NCBI GenBank assembly: GCA_045587745.1 | Contig: JAZNCU010000047.1 | Span: 76-64,075, forward strand | DNA: 64,000 nucleotides | Reading direction: 5' to 3' | Source: Eubacteriales bacterium | Lineage (GTDB): Bacteria; Bacillota; Clostridia; Oscillospirales; CAG-382 | Part shown: in pieces, positions 34,772-44,253 of the stretch | Numbering within the stretch: the stretch's first letter is position 1 | Layout: the number at the start of each line of letters is the position of its first letter | Notes under the pieces: generated by a model | What the model saw: the letters and a program-made list of their open reading frames with translations, nothing else | Databases searched by the model: none | Told to the model about the DNA's origin: nothing | Position numbers and translations under genes: made by a program

Positions 34772-35809
34772 TTATGAAATATTGATTGTCTCAACGTTGA
34801 GCTCACGCTTTTTGGGGGCGGTTTTCTCACGGAGAGAGAGGAGGAATATTGCTGATCCGATAGCAGCAAACAACACGCTTGTAGCAAGAAATGCGTAAAA
34901 CTCGCCGGAGTAGGAAATATATTGTTCGGCAACTTCATCGGGAACGGTGTTACGGAGATGAATGAGCCAGAACGAAGCGTTGGAAAGATTTCCGAGTGCA
35001 TATCCGCCCTCTTTGATAAACTGGAACACAATACCGATATACTGACCGATAGCCGTGCATACGACAGAAACGGCGGAAATTATTATGTAGGTACACACAG
35101 TAACCTTTTTGGAGAAAAGTAGATAACCTCTGTATACCAAGAAAGCAGTTACAAGACCGAGGAAGCAGAGAACATATCTGACCTCAAAGGTGATCTTAAT
35201 AGCGGGAGCGGCAAAATAATACGCAATGAAATACAGCGCAATACCGATAATGCCGAAAATCGTTGCGCCCGAAAAGCCTTTTGCGACCGTTCCTTTTCCC
35301 TCGACAGGGGAGGCGACTTCCTTCTTGGCATCCTCGATGGTTTCAAGCGCACAATGCTCACACATAAGATGGTTAAAGCACTCAAAGGTAACCTTTTTGG
35401 GGTTGCGTGAGCCAAACTTGTTTCCGCAGGAGGAGCATCTGCTTGCGCCCTCGATATCGTTATCGATAAGAAGCGAAACGCAAAAATCAATCAGCTTAAG
35501 AAACTCGGTAACGGAGCCCTTGCAGTAAACCGTAAGACCGTCCTCCTCAAGCGAATAATCGCTGACCGAGTATTCCTCCATACGGTGCGAAAAAGCCTCG
35601 GAAAAGGCGTAGCGTTTGCCTGTTTCCTCCTCGTCCTCGCTCTCCGAAAACTTAAAGTTGAAGTACGCTATCTTGCGACTGCCTTCCTCAAAGATCGAAA
35701 TCAGATAACCACCGTATACAGCGTAAGCGTGATCGTTTGCTGAATCGGTACACTTTGAAAAGGAAAAGCCTTTTTCCTCAAGCACTGCCAAAAGATTTTT
35801 TGTTATCAT
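34772..35809 (-). CDS. Hypothetical protein: soluble N-domain, CxxC...CxxC zinc-ribbon-like motif, about five TM helices
   Basis: 345-aa ORF. Contains CSSCGNKF...CEHCA, then hydrophobic helices. No family recognised. Confidence 0.55.
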   Translation of the reverse strand: MITKNLLAVLEEKGFSFSKCTDSANDHAYAVYGGYLISIFEEGSRKIAYFNFKFSESEDEEETGKRYAFSEAFSHRMEEYSVSDYSLEEDGLTVYCKGSVTEFLKLIDFCVSLLIDNDIEGASRCSSCGNKFGSRNPKKVTFECFNHLMCEHCALETIEDAKKEVASPVEGKGTVAKGFSGATIFGIIGIALYFIAYYFAAPAIKITFEVRYVLCFLGLVTAFLVYRGYLLFSKKVTVCTYIIISAVSVVCTAIGQYIGIVFQFIKEGGYALGNLSNASFWLIHLRNTVPDEVAEQYISYSGEFYAFLATSVLFAAIGSAIFLLSLREKTAPKKRELNVETINIS

Positions 35810-35884
35810 AGCAACTCCTTAAACATTACATAACGGTCAAACAGTAGTATAACACCGACGGAGCCTCTATTGGTTAACAATTTG

Positions 35885-36613
35885 TTAACAGTTGAAAATT
35901 AGTTTTCCGGCTATCTCGGCAAGTGAGCATATCACAAATCCGCAGGCAAAACAATAAACCTCGATCTCGTGTTTTTTCATAATCGACGAAACAAGTGCCG
36001 AAAACAAAAATACACCAAGAAGAACACTCGCACCGAACGGAAGCAGAAATTCTAAATCAAGCCCTGCAACAGCATCTATCGTTTTTTCGTACAGCCCGAA
36101 AAACAGGAGTGTGTACGAAAAACTGATTGCGGGCAGTATAAGTGCAAGGGCGAGAGCGAGCCCTGTTACAAACGTTGTGAGAAAGCCCTTTGCGCTTACC
36201 GTATATCCCGTCGAAAGCAGTAGGGTAGTGCAGAGTGATACGAGAGTTCCGGCAAAAACATATGCGTAACCTTTTTTTGTAATTCTTCCGTAAATACTTT
36301 GGCGTATAAACAGTATAAGGCTTACGAGAGAAATTATACAAAAAACGGTATTTGAAAGGGTTGGATACAGGTCTGTAAAAAGCGACAATGGCAGCGAAAA
36401 TGCAAAAACACCCAGCGCACATCCCACCCCAAACGGTAAAAGCGTGAGTGTCGATTTACTGAAGTGCAGGAAGATACTCGAAACCGCATCAAGAACCTCC
36501 TTGAATGCTCCTGTGCACACTGCTACAGTTCCTCCGCTGACACCGGGGATTACGGTGCCTCCGCCCGTTAGAAAGCCTTTGATAAACAACGCTGTATACC
36601 TATTCAAAAGCAT
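35885..36613 (-). CDS. DUF368-family membrane protein (candidate undecaprenyl-phosphate translocase family)
   Basis: PGVSGGT signature (GGGTVIPGVSGGTVAV) and a polytopic profile. Start moved to ATG 36613 after AGGAGG. Confidence 0.72.
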   Translation of the reverse strand: MLLNRYTALFIKGFLTGGGTVIPGVSGGTVAVCTGAFKEVLDAVSSIFLHFSKSTLTLLPFGVGCALGVFAFSLPLSLFTDLYPTLSNTVFCIISLVSLILFIRQSIYGRITKKGYAYVFAGTLVSLCTTLLLSTGYTVSAKGFLTTFVTGLALALALILPAISFSYTLLFFGLYEKTIDAVAGLDLEFLLPFGASVLLGVFLFSALVSSIMKKHEIEVYCFACGFVICSLAEIAGKLIFNC

Positions 36614-36658
36614 AACGCCTCCTTGCATAATATTATGAAATTATGTTGCACCAAAGTA

Positions 36659-36687
36659 TTGACAAAAAGTGCAAAATTCTGTATTAT
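36659..36687 (+). promoter_or_regulatory. Sigma-A promoter of potABCD
   Basis: TTGACA, 17-nt spacer, TATTAT. Confidence 0.6.
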
Positions 36688-36733
36688 TTAACTTGTATTA
36701 GGATATACAAATAACTGTTGTTGGAGTTGAAAA

Positions 36734-37867
36734 TTGAACAAGCATAATTCTGACGCTTTTCTCCGTCTTGAGAATATTTCTGTTAAATTTGATGACGACC
36801 AAATTCTTGACAATATTTCGCTGGATATCGCCGAGAAAGAGTTTGTCACATTGCTCGGGCCTTCCGGATGCGGCAAGACTACCACCTTGCGCATACTCGG
36901 GGGCTTTGTCATGCCCGATAGCGGAAACGTATATTTCGAGGGCAAGCGCATAAATGACGTTCCGCCTCATCAAAGACAGATAAATACTATTTTCCAGAAA
37001 TACGCTCTTTTCCCTCATCTTAACGTTTATGAAAACGTTGCCTTTGGTCTGCGTGTTCAAAAGCTGCCCGAAAAGGTTATCCGTAAGACAGTAAACGAGA
37101 TGCTTGAGCTTGTAAACCTCAAGGGATTTAATAAAAGGGATATCAACTCGCTCTCGGGCGGTCAGCAACAGCGTGTGTCTATTGCCCGTGCGTTGGCCGT
37201 TAAGCCCCGTGTCCTTTTGCTTGACGAGCCTCTCGGCGCTCTCGATCTCAAGCTCCGTAAAGATATGCAAAACGAGCTCAAGGCCATTCAGCAAAGGTTG
37301 GGAATTACTTTTATATACGTTACTCACGACCAGGAGGAGGCTCTTTCAATGTCCGATACCGTCGTGGTAATGGACGGCGGAAAAATTCAGCAGATCGGTA
37401 CTCCGCTTGATATTTACAATGAGCCGGAGAATGCCTTTGTTGCCGATTTTATAGGCGAGAGTAATATTATTGACGGCATTATGCTTGAGGACTATAAAGT
37501 CAGGTTTGCGGGCAAGGTGTTTGAGTGTCTTGACAAAGGATTTGAAAAGAACGAGCCCGTTGACGTTGTTATCCGTCCCGAGGACGTTGACGTAGTGCCT
37601 GTCGATAATGGAATGCTCTCGGGAGTAGTTACCAGTGTGACGTTCAAGGGCGTGCATTTTGAAATTATCGTCGATATCGACGGATTCAAATGGATGATTC
37701 AGTCTACCGATTTTCAGGCTGCAGGCGATACTATCGGCTTGTATATTGAGCCGGATGCGATTCATATTATGAAAAAGAGTGAGTATTCCGGAGTATTTGG
37801 CGATTACAGCTCTTTCAGTGATGAACACGATCATCTTTCCGATGTTAACGAGGGCAATGATGAATAA
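36734..37867 (+). CDS. potA: Spermidine/putrescine ABC transporter ATP-binding protein
   Basis: Walker A GPSGCGKT, signature LSGGQQQRV, Walker B LLLDEP, TOBE-like C-terminus. TTG start after GGAG. Confidence 0.9.
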   Translation: MNKHNSDAFLRLENISVKFDDDQILDNISLDIAEKEFVTLLGPSGCGKTTTLRILGGFVMPDSGNVYFEGKRINDVPPHQRQINTIFQKYALFPHLNVYENVAFGLRVQKLPEKVIRKTVNEMLELVNLKGFNKRDINSLSGGQQQRVSIARALAVKPRVLLLDEPLGALDLKLRKDMQNELKAIQQRLGITFIYVTHDQEEALSMSDTVVVMDGGKIQQIGTPLDIYNEPENAFVADFIGESNIIDGIMLEDYKVRFAGKVFECLDKGFEKNEPVDVVIRPEDVDVVPVDNGMLSGVVTSVTFKGVHFEIIVDIDGFKWMIQSTDFQAAGDTIGLYIEPDAIHIMKKSEYSGVFGDYSSFSDEHDHLSDVNEGNDE

Positions 37868-38705
37868 AAAGAAATCGTCTCTTCTTGAGCGTTTCGTTGC
37901 CGCACCGTACATTGCGTGGTCTGTGATGTTTATCATCGTTCCGCTCGTAATGGTTGTATGGTATACCTTTACCGATGCCAACGGTGCGTTTACGCTCGAA
38001 AATATCAAAAATTTGTCGGATCGGGATAACGTGCTGATTTTTGTGCGTTCAATTTTGTATTCGCTTATATCTACCGTGGTTTGTCTGATCATTGCCTTTC
38101 CTCTTGCGTATTTTGTATCACAGGCAAAGGCAAAGGCACAGAGCATGGTCATTATGCTTTTGATGCTTCCTATGTGGACAAACCTGCTGATACGCACCTA
38201 TTCTCTCAGCGTGCTTATTGAGGATACCGGCGTTATCAATACCTTGCTGATGAATATCGGGCTTATAGATACTCCCATCAGGATGATCTATACTCCGTTT
38301 GCAATCATTCTCGGTATGGTTTACAACTTCCTGCCCTATATGGTGCTTCCCATTTATACCGTCATCTCGAAGCTTGACCGTAGTGTTATCGAGGCATCGC
38401 AGGATCTCGGATGCAACAGATTTGCGGTTATTACCAAGGTTATCCTTCCGCTTTCCAAGGGCGGTATCGTATCGGGAATTACTATGGTGTTCGTTCCCGC
38501 AATAAGCTCGTTTTACATTTCACGTGCATTGGGCGGCGGCAAAAACCTACTCATCGGTGAAAAGATCGAACAGCAGTTCGTCGAGATCGGAAACCGTAAT
38601 TTTGGTTCGGCACTCTCGCTCATTCTGCTTGTGCTTATATTTATCTCGATTGCTGTGATGAACAAGTTTTCGGATAGCGAGGAAGGGGGCGGAATCATTC
38701 TATGA
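37857..38705 (+). CDS. potB: Spermidine/putrescine ABC transporter permease
   Basis: Start moved to ATG 37857, overlapping the potA stop. EAA loop [21 protein letters not shown]. Confidence 0.88.
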   Translation: MMNKKKSSLLERFVAAPYIAWSVMFIIVPLVMVVWYTFTDANGAFTLENIKNLSDRDNVLIFVRSILYSLISTVVCLIIAFPLAYFVSQAKAKAQSMVIMLLMLPMWTNLLIRTYSLSVLIEDTGVINTLLMNIGLIDTPIRMIYTPFAIILGMVYNFLPYMVLPIYTVISKLDRSVIEASQDLGCNRFAVITKVILPLSKGGIVSGITMVFVPAISSFYISRALGGGKNLLIGEKIEQQFVEIGNRNFGSALSLILLVLIFISIAVMNKFSDSEEGGGIIL

Positions 38706-39514
38706 AGTCTCTTTCCAAAGTATACATTTCGCTTGTCCTCCTGCTTTTGTATGCACCCGTTATCGTAATGGTTGTTTTCTCGTTCAACGAGGGCGGAAGT
38801 CTCAGCGAGATGTCGGGCGTTTCGCTCAGGCATTACATTGAGGTCTTTAATAATTCCGATGTTGGTCAGGCTATTAAAAACACCCTGATCCTGGCGGTGT
38901 CTTCAGCCGCTATCTCGGGTGTATTGGGGACTGCCGCTGCTGTCGGAATTGGGAAGCTGCGTAGTAATATGCTCAAAAAGAGCGTACTCTCGGTTACCAA
39001 TATCCCTATGATGAACCCCGATATCGTTACCGGTGTTTCGCTTATGCTTTTGTTCGTTTCGGCGGCGGCTATCATTGGCCTCAGCGAGTCGCTTAATTTT
39101 ATTACCCTGCTTATTTCGCACGTTACGTTCAGCCTGCCTTATGTGATTCTGTCAGTTTTGCCCAAGATTACACAGATGGATAAGCATATACCCGAGGCGG
39201 CGCAGGATCTCGGCTGTACACCTCTTATGTCGTTTTTCAAGGTCGAGCTTCCCTGCATTCTTCCGGGTGTTCTTTCCGGCGTGCTGATGGCGTTCACGCT
39301 GTCGCTCGATGACTTTCTTATCAGTTATTTCGTTTCGGGAAGCAGCTTCCAGACTCTTCCGCTTTATATCTACTCTGTGGTACGCAAGGGCGTACGTCCC
39401 TCGCTTTATGCGATCAATACCGTTATTGTTGTATGCGTTCTTGTGCTTCTGGTTATTATTAACGTTATCGGAGGCAAGGATAACAAATCAAAAAAGGTCA
39501 AAAAGGAGATATAG
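38702..39514 (+). CDS. potC: Spermidine/putrescine ABC transporter permease
   Basis: ATGA overlap with potB. EAA loop PEAAQDLGCTPLMSFFKVELP. Confidence 0.88.
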   Translation: MKSLSKVYISLVLLLLYAPVIVMVVFSFNEGGSLSEMSGVSLRHYIEVFNNSDVGQAIKNTLILAVSSAAISGVLGTAAAVGIGKLRSNMLKKSVLSVTNIPMMNPDIVTGVSLMLLFVSAAAIIGLSESLNFITLLISHVTFSLPYVILSVLPKITQMDKHIPEAAQDLGCTPLMSFFKVELPCILPGVLSGVLMAFTLSLDDFLISYFVSGSSFQTLPLYIYSVVRKGVRPSLYAINTVIVVCVLVLLVIINVIGGKDNKSKKVKKEI

Positions 39515-39516
39515 AA

Positions 39517-40776
39517 TTGAAAAAAGCATTGGTTCTTGCACTCGCTGTTACTGTATTGGCTGTTTTTGCCTCCTGCGGAGCAGGGGAGCCCTACGATCCT
39601 ACCTCGATGGGGTATTCCGAGTCTACTCTTAATATGGATTATTCTCAGTATGCGGGAACAACGCTTCAAGTTTTTAACTGGGGATATTATATCTCGGACG
39701 GTAGCGATGGTACAATTAACGTAAACGAGGAATTCGAAAAGCTTACGGGAATCAACGTTGAATACACTACCTACGATTCCAACGAGAAAATGTATGCAAA
39801 ACTATCTGGCGGCGGCGGAGATTACGATGTTGTAATTCCTTCGGATTATATGATTGGTCGTCTTATCGAGGAGGACTATCTCGCTGAGCTCAATTTTGAT
39901 AATATCCCGAATTACAGATATATCTCAGATACCTATAAAAATACCGAGTATGACCCCGATAATAAGTTTTCGGTTCCTTACTCTGTCGGTATGGTCGGCG
40001 TTATTTACAATACCTCGGTCGTTGAGGGCACTCCCGACAGTTGGTCGCTCATGTGGGATGAGCGGTATGCCGATAAGATTCTTAATTTCGGTAACTCGCG
40101 TGATGCCTTTGCAACCGCGCAGTTTTGTCTCGGCATTGATATCAATACTACCGATAAAGCTGAGTGGGATACCGCTTTTGATAAGCTTGTTGAGCAAAAG
40201 GATATTCTCCAGGGATATGTAATGGACGAGATCTTTAACAAGATGGAAAGCGGTGAGGCGGCTATTGCCCCATATTATGCAGGTGATTTCTTTACGATGT
40301 ACGGTAATAACGATGATCTTGCATTCTACTATCCCAAGGAAGGCACCAACGTGTTTATAGATGCTGCCTGCGTGCTCAAAAATTCCGATAACATAGGTGC
40401 CGCCGAGCTCTATATCAATTTCCTTATGGACCCTGTGATCGCCCAGGCAAATGCCGAATATATTTATTATGCGTCCCCCAATACAGCCGTTGTTGAAAAC
40501 GAGGACTATATTGAGTATCTTGAGGAGCTTCATCCCGACGCGTACGATATTCTTTACGGCATTGATGATGGCTACAACTCTGTTTCGTTCAAAAATCTTG
40601 ACCAAAGCACCAAAGAGTATCTGAACAAGAAGTGGGATGAGCTTCGCAGCGACACATCTGACGGAAGCGATACCTCAATATTTATTATCAGCGGTGTTGT
40701 TATTGCCGCACTTCTGGTGTTCTTTATCGCAAAGGCTTTCATTAAAAAGAAAAGAGAGGCTGACGAAGAGGAATGA
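39517..40776 (+). CDS. potD: Spermidine/putrescine-binding lipoprotein with an extra C-terminal TM anchor
   Basis: Lipobox VFASCG. PotD-like core (LQVFNWGYYI, YDSNEKMYAKL, YDVVIPSDYM). C-terminal helix IFIISGVVIAALLVFFIAKAFI followed by KKKREADEEE. TTG start after AAGGAG. Confidence 0.85.
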   Translation: MKKALVLALAVTVLAVFASCGAGEPYDPTSMGYSESTLNMDYSQYAGTTLQVFNWGYYISDGSDGTINVNEEFEKLTGINVEYTTYDSNEKMYAKLSGGGGDYDVVIPSDYMIGRLIEEDYLAELNFDNIPNYRYISDTYKNTEYDPDNKFSVPYSVGMVGVIYNTSVVEGTPDSWSLMWDERYADKILNFGNSRDAFATAQFCLGIDINTTDKAEWDTAFDKLVEQKDILQGYVMDEIFNKMESGEAAIAPYYAGDFFTMYGNNDDLAFYYPKEGTNVFIDAACVLKNSDNIGAAELYINFLMDPVIAQANAEYIYYASPNTAVVENEDYIEYLEELHPDAYDILYGIDDGYNSVSFKNLDQSTKEYLNKKWDELRSDTSDGSDTSIFIISGVVIAALLVFFIAKAFIKKKREADEEE

Positions 40777-43700
40777 AGAAATTATTGACTTTATTCTTGA
40801 TTGGCGTATTGCTGTTACCCGTTTTTTGCTCATGTAACAGAGATTCGGATAGCAGTTCTGATCCTATTGCGCTTGACGGCTTTTCGTTTGTGATCGTTCC
40901 CAACGATACCGTCTTTACTGCCAAGCAAATCAACTCTATCCCCGACGGAGATAACATTACGGTTTTCACACGTGATTATACCGTAAACGGTACTCCCGCT
41001 TTTACGCTTGACTTTGAGACCGAGGGCAGAACTGCTCTTTTGGTACGTCTTTCGTATACCGATTCGTTCGGATACGAATTCGATATAGTCGAAATGAGCG
41101 AGAACCATAGCGAAATAACCATTCCCGTAAACGGTTTTGCCGTTTCGATCCCCAACGGACTTCTTGACGGTTTGCGTGTTAACGTTGGTCAGATCGTTGA
41201 GGTTGAGGGCTATTTCGATGCCGTTCCCACTTTTGAGCAGGTCGTGCTCGCAAACCTTTCTCCCGTGGGAAAAGGATCAATTGCATTCCGCCGTATATCG
41301 CTCGTCGATCCTGTATCCGACGTTAGCGGCGACAAGATCGTATTCCTGAGCGCCGAGCGTGATGCAGACGTTTCATACCCCGAAAATTCTGTTGTTGCTA
41401 TATTGGAGCAGACGACGTCTACAGGTTACTCTGTTGTCTCCGTTGGCGGTACTGAGCTTCTTGACGTTGCTAAGGCGGCATTTGTCTTCTGCGGAGCCTA
41501 TAATATCGCTTATGCTTCAAAATACGTTTTAGCTGGTGAAAAATTTATGGTCAATAATCTTGATGCTGCAAACTCACTGACCGATCAGTCCGCAATCGTG
41601 ATCGGAGATACCTGCTTTGAGATTCCCGATTCACACAAGAATTCCGATACCCTGTTTGAAGACGGTGTCTATGTTTACGACGGTAATTTTGACGGCGTGG
41701 TCACTCCCGGATGTGACAGCGCAAGGATTGACGTTACGCTCGTCGACGATATCGTCGTTACCGTTTCGGAGCCGGGTGGAAGATCATTTATTCCTTCCGC
41801 AAACGGTTTTACCTTCGTTTTCGTCGGTGAGGACAATGTTGCCGCCGCCGAGACCCTCGGTGTAGGTGATACGCCTGAGCTCCTTCTTATCAGTAAAGTA
41901 GAGCTTCCCGATAGATTTGTTCGAATAGGTGATACCGTTATAGAGGTATCATTGATCGACGGATACCGCCAGCCCGAGGGCGTTGCCGTAGTCTATACAC
42001 CTGCATTCGGTGCAACGACAGGCACGAATTCCTACGGTGTTGAGATTGCTATCAAGGACGATAAGGTTATTGAGGTTGAGCTTTCGACCGGCGATATGGA
42101 AATTCCCGAGGGCGGATACGTTCTCAGCGTTCACAAGGACCATCCCGAGTATCGTGATGCCTGTCTCGTGTCCGAGGGCGAGAGCGTTACTATTTCGCTT
42201 GCAAATAATGATTTTTCGGTTACCACGCTTGAATATAATGCTGTGAATGCCGTTCGTGGCGAGAATATGCTTGTAATTTACGCTAACCGTGCTTCCACCG
42301 GTACCAACGTTTACGGCTATGAGATAGTTGTTGATGCTGATGGCAAGATGGAGAGCGACAGCTATTCCGGTAATGCAATTATTCCTGCAGGAGGATTTGT
42401 GCTCTCGGGTCACGGAACGTCTAAAGAGGCTCTCGAGGAGCTTTATATCAAGGGCGCTACCGTACTGTTCGATGAGGACGATAAGACTATTACGATCATC
42501 AAAAAGCCCGATTTGAATATCGTATCTGCCGAATCGGAGCTCGCTGCTGCTATTGAGAGCTTTGATGCCGCAAAGGATGCGTTGCTTAATATCGATTACG
42601 ATCTCTATGACGAGAGAGTTGCTATTGCCGCTGATATGCTTGCCGAGGCAAAGCAGGCGTTCAATGAATACGATTATTCCCGTGCAATCGCACTTGCGTT
42701 GTCCGTAAGAGAGACTGCAAGCCATATTTCGTATGCAATTATTGATTCTCATTATGCCGAGAACCGTGCCGTTTGGTACCGTGCATCCGAGACAAGCGAC
42801 GAGCAGGTCAGAGCAACCGTTGAAAAGATGGTTTCGCTCAACGTAAATGCTATTTATATAGAGACCTGGTATAACGGCACCTGTATCGGACTTATCGACG
42901 TTGAAAACGTTACCCACACTCCCGTTCACGGCGATTATGATGCACTTGAGGCTTTCGTAAGGATTTGCCACGAATACGGAATTGAGGTTCACGCTTGGGT
43001 TGAGAACTTCTTTGCCGGAACGTTTGACGGCAACCATACTCCCTCCAATCCCATTATTACCGAGTGGAGTGATAAGCTCCTTCTCGACAGCATGGGCAAC
43101 GACTATTACTTCTATCAGGATAATCACTGGTTTGCGTTCCTCAATCCGTATGACAGAGATTGCCGTGATCTCGTGCTTGAGGTATACCGTCAGCTTATCG
43201 AGAATTATGATATAGACGGTCTCCACCTCGATTATATCCGTTTCCCCGAGCTTAATTACCAGCTTTACGATTACGGATACAATGCCGATATAATTGCCGC
43301 ATTTGCAAAAGAAACCGGCTACAAGAGCGATCCTCATAACTTTGTCAGCGGTACCAAGGAACACACCGCTTGGGTCAAGTTCCGCCAGGATATTATTACC
43401 AGCTTTGTCGAGGAGGTATATGACCTTGTAAACGAGCTGGAGCCTGATCTCTGGCTCTCTGCCGCAACCTATCCCGATGTGCCCAACGTTGTAAATACCA
43501 TCTTCCAGGATGTGAGAGCCTGGGTAAACAACGGTTGGATGGACGAGGTTCACTCTATGTCCTACGGCGCAGATAACGTATACGTCAGCAATAACGCTGC
43601 GATGTATGTTGACATCTGTAAGGGCAAAGCGTTTTATTCTACGGGCATTCAGGCATTCGGAGAGACCGCAAAGCTCAACTTTGCTCACCAGCTTACCGAG

Positions 43701-44141
43701 GTGATCGGTGTTGGCGCCGACGGCGTTTCGATCTTCTCGCTCGGAAGCATCACTCCCGATACCTATCAATACGAGATCACCGAGGGCGCATTCCGCACTC
43801 CTTCGGTTCAGGTTTACCGCTGGTCTGAGACGGTTGCCGCACAGCTTCAGTACCTGCTCGACCGTATCGATAATACCGCCTCGCTCGTAACTTTGCTTGA
43901 CAAGAGTGCCTACGATGCGTTTGTCAGCAAAGCAAATGAACTCATCGAAGAGGCAAACGGTGTTGACGTTGATACTGCTGCAAACGCCGTGCTTACGCAG
44001 TATGCAAAAGATACCATCGCTGCTCTTGCTGACCTCGATGCTCTGCTCAAGACCGCATACGGCGATGATAATAAATACAGCTCCGATATTGACCGCCTTG
44101 TTTACTGGCTCAACCTCTCGCTGTACCGTATCGATAACTAA
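40773..44141 (+). CDS. Large lipoprotein with C-terminal GHL10/DUF187 (YngK-like) glycosyl-hydrolase-like domain
   Basis: Lipobox VFCSCN. Internal repeat TNSYGVEIAIKD..IPEGGYVLSVH / TNVYGYEIVVDA..IPAGGFVLSGHG. TIM-barrel-like segment NAIYIETWYNG...HAWVENFF...DGLHLDYIRFPE. ATGA overlap with potD. Confidence 0.68.
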   Translation: MKKLLTLFLIGVLLLPVFCSCNRDSDSSSDPIALDGFSFVIVPNDTVFTAKQINSIPDGDNITVFTRDYTVNGTPAFTLDFETEGRTALLVRLSYTDSFGYEFDIVEMSENHSEITIPVNGFAVSIPNGLLDGLRVNVGQIVEVEGYFDAVPTFEQVVLANLSPVGKGSIAFRRISLVDPVSDVSGDKIVFLSAERDADVSYPENSVVAILEQTTSTGYSVVSVGGTELLDVAKAAFVFCGAYNIAYASKYVLAGEKFMVNNLDAANSLTDQSAIVIGDTCFEIPDSHKNSDTLFEDGVYVYDGNFDGVVTPGCDSARIDVTLVDDIVVTVSEPGGRSFIPSANGFTFVFVGEDNVAAAETLGVGDTPELLLISKVELPDRFVRIGDTVIEVSLIDGYRQPEGVAVVYTPAFGATTGTNSYGVEIAIKDDKVIEVELSTGDMEIPEGGYVLSVHKDHPEYRDACLVSEGESVTISLANNDFSVTTLEYNAVNAVRGENMLVIYANRASTGTNVYGYEIVVDADGKMESDSYSGNAIIPAGGFVLSGHGTSKEALEELYIKGATVLFDEDDKTITIIKKPDLNIVSAESELAAAIESFDAAKDALLNIDYDLYDERVAIAADMLAEAKQAFNEYDYSRAIALALSVRETASHISYAIIDSHYAENRAVWYRASETSDEQVRATVEKMVSLNVNAIYIETWYNGTCIGLIDVENVTHTPVHGDYDALEAFVRICHEYGIEVHAWVENFFAGTFDGNHTPSNPIITEWSDKLLLDSMGNDYYFYQDNHWFAFLNPYDRDCRDLVLEVYRQLIENYDIDGLHLDYIRFPELNYQLYDYGYNADIIAAFAKETGYKSDPHNFVSGTKEHTAWVKFRQDIITSFVEEVYDLVNELEPDLWLSAATYPDVPNVVNTIFQDVRAWVNNGWMDEVHSMSYGADNVYVSNNAAMYVDICKGKAFYSTGIQAFGETAKLNFAHQLTEVIGVGADGVSIFSLGSITPDTYQYEITEGAFRTPSVQVYRWSETVAAQLQYLLDRIDNTASLVTLLDKSAYDAFVSKANELIEEANGVDVDTAANAVLTQYAKDTIAALADLDALLKTAYGDDNKYSSDIDRLVYWLNLSLYRIDN

Positions 44142-44154
44142 CCGATATTCATTG

Positions 44155-44184
44155 GAAGGTGCTGTGCTTCAGCACCTTTCTTTG
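44155..44184 (+). terminator. Probable terminator
   Basis: Stem GAAGGTGCTG / CAGCACCTT(T), followed by CTTTG. The U-tract is weak. Confidence 0.5.
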
Positions 44185-44195
44185 CATAGTAATGC

Positions 44196-44224
44196 TTGAC
44201 ATAGCATATTAATTGTGTTAAAAT
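44196..44224 (+). promoter_or_regulatory. Sigma-A-type promoter
   Basis: TTGACA, 17-nt spacer, TAAAAT. Confidence 0.55.
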
Positions 44225-44253
44225 AGTCCAACAAATATTTTAAGGAGTAAATT

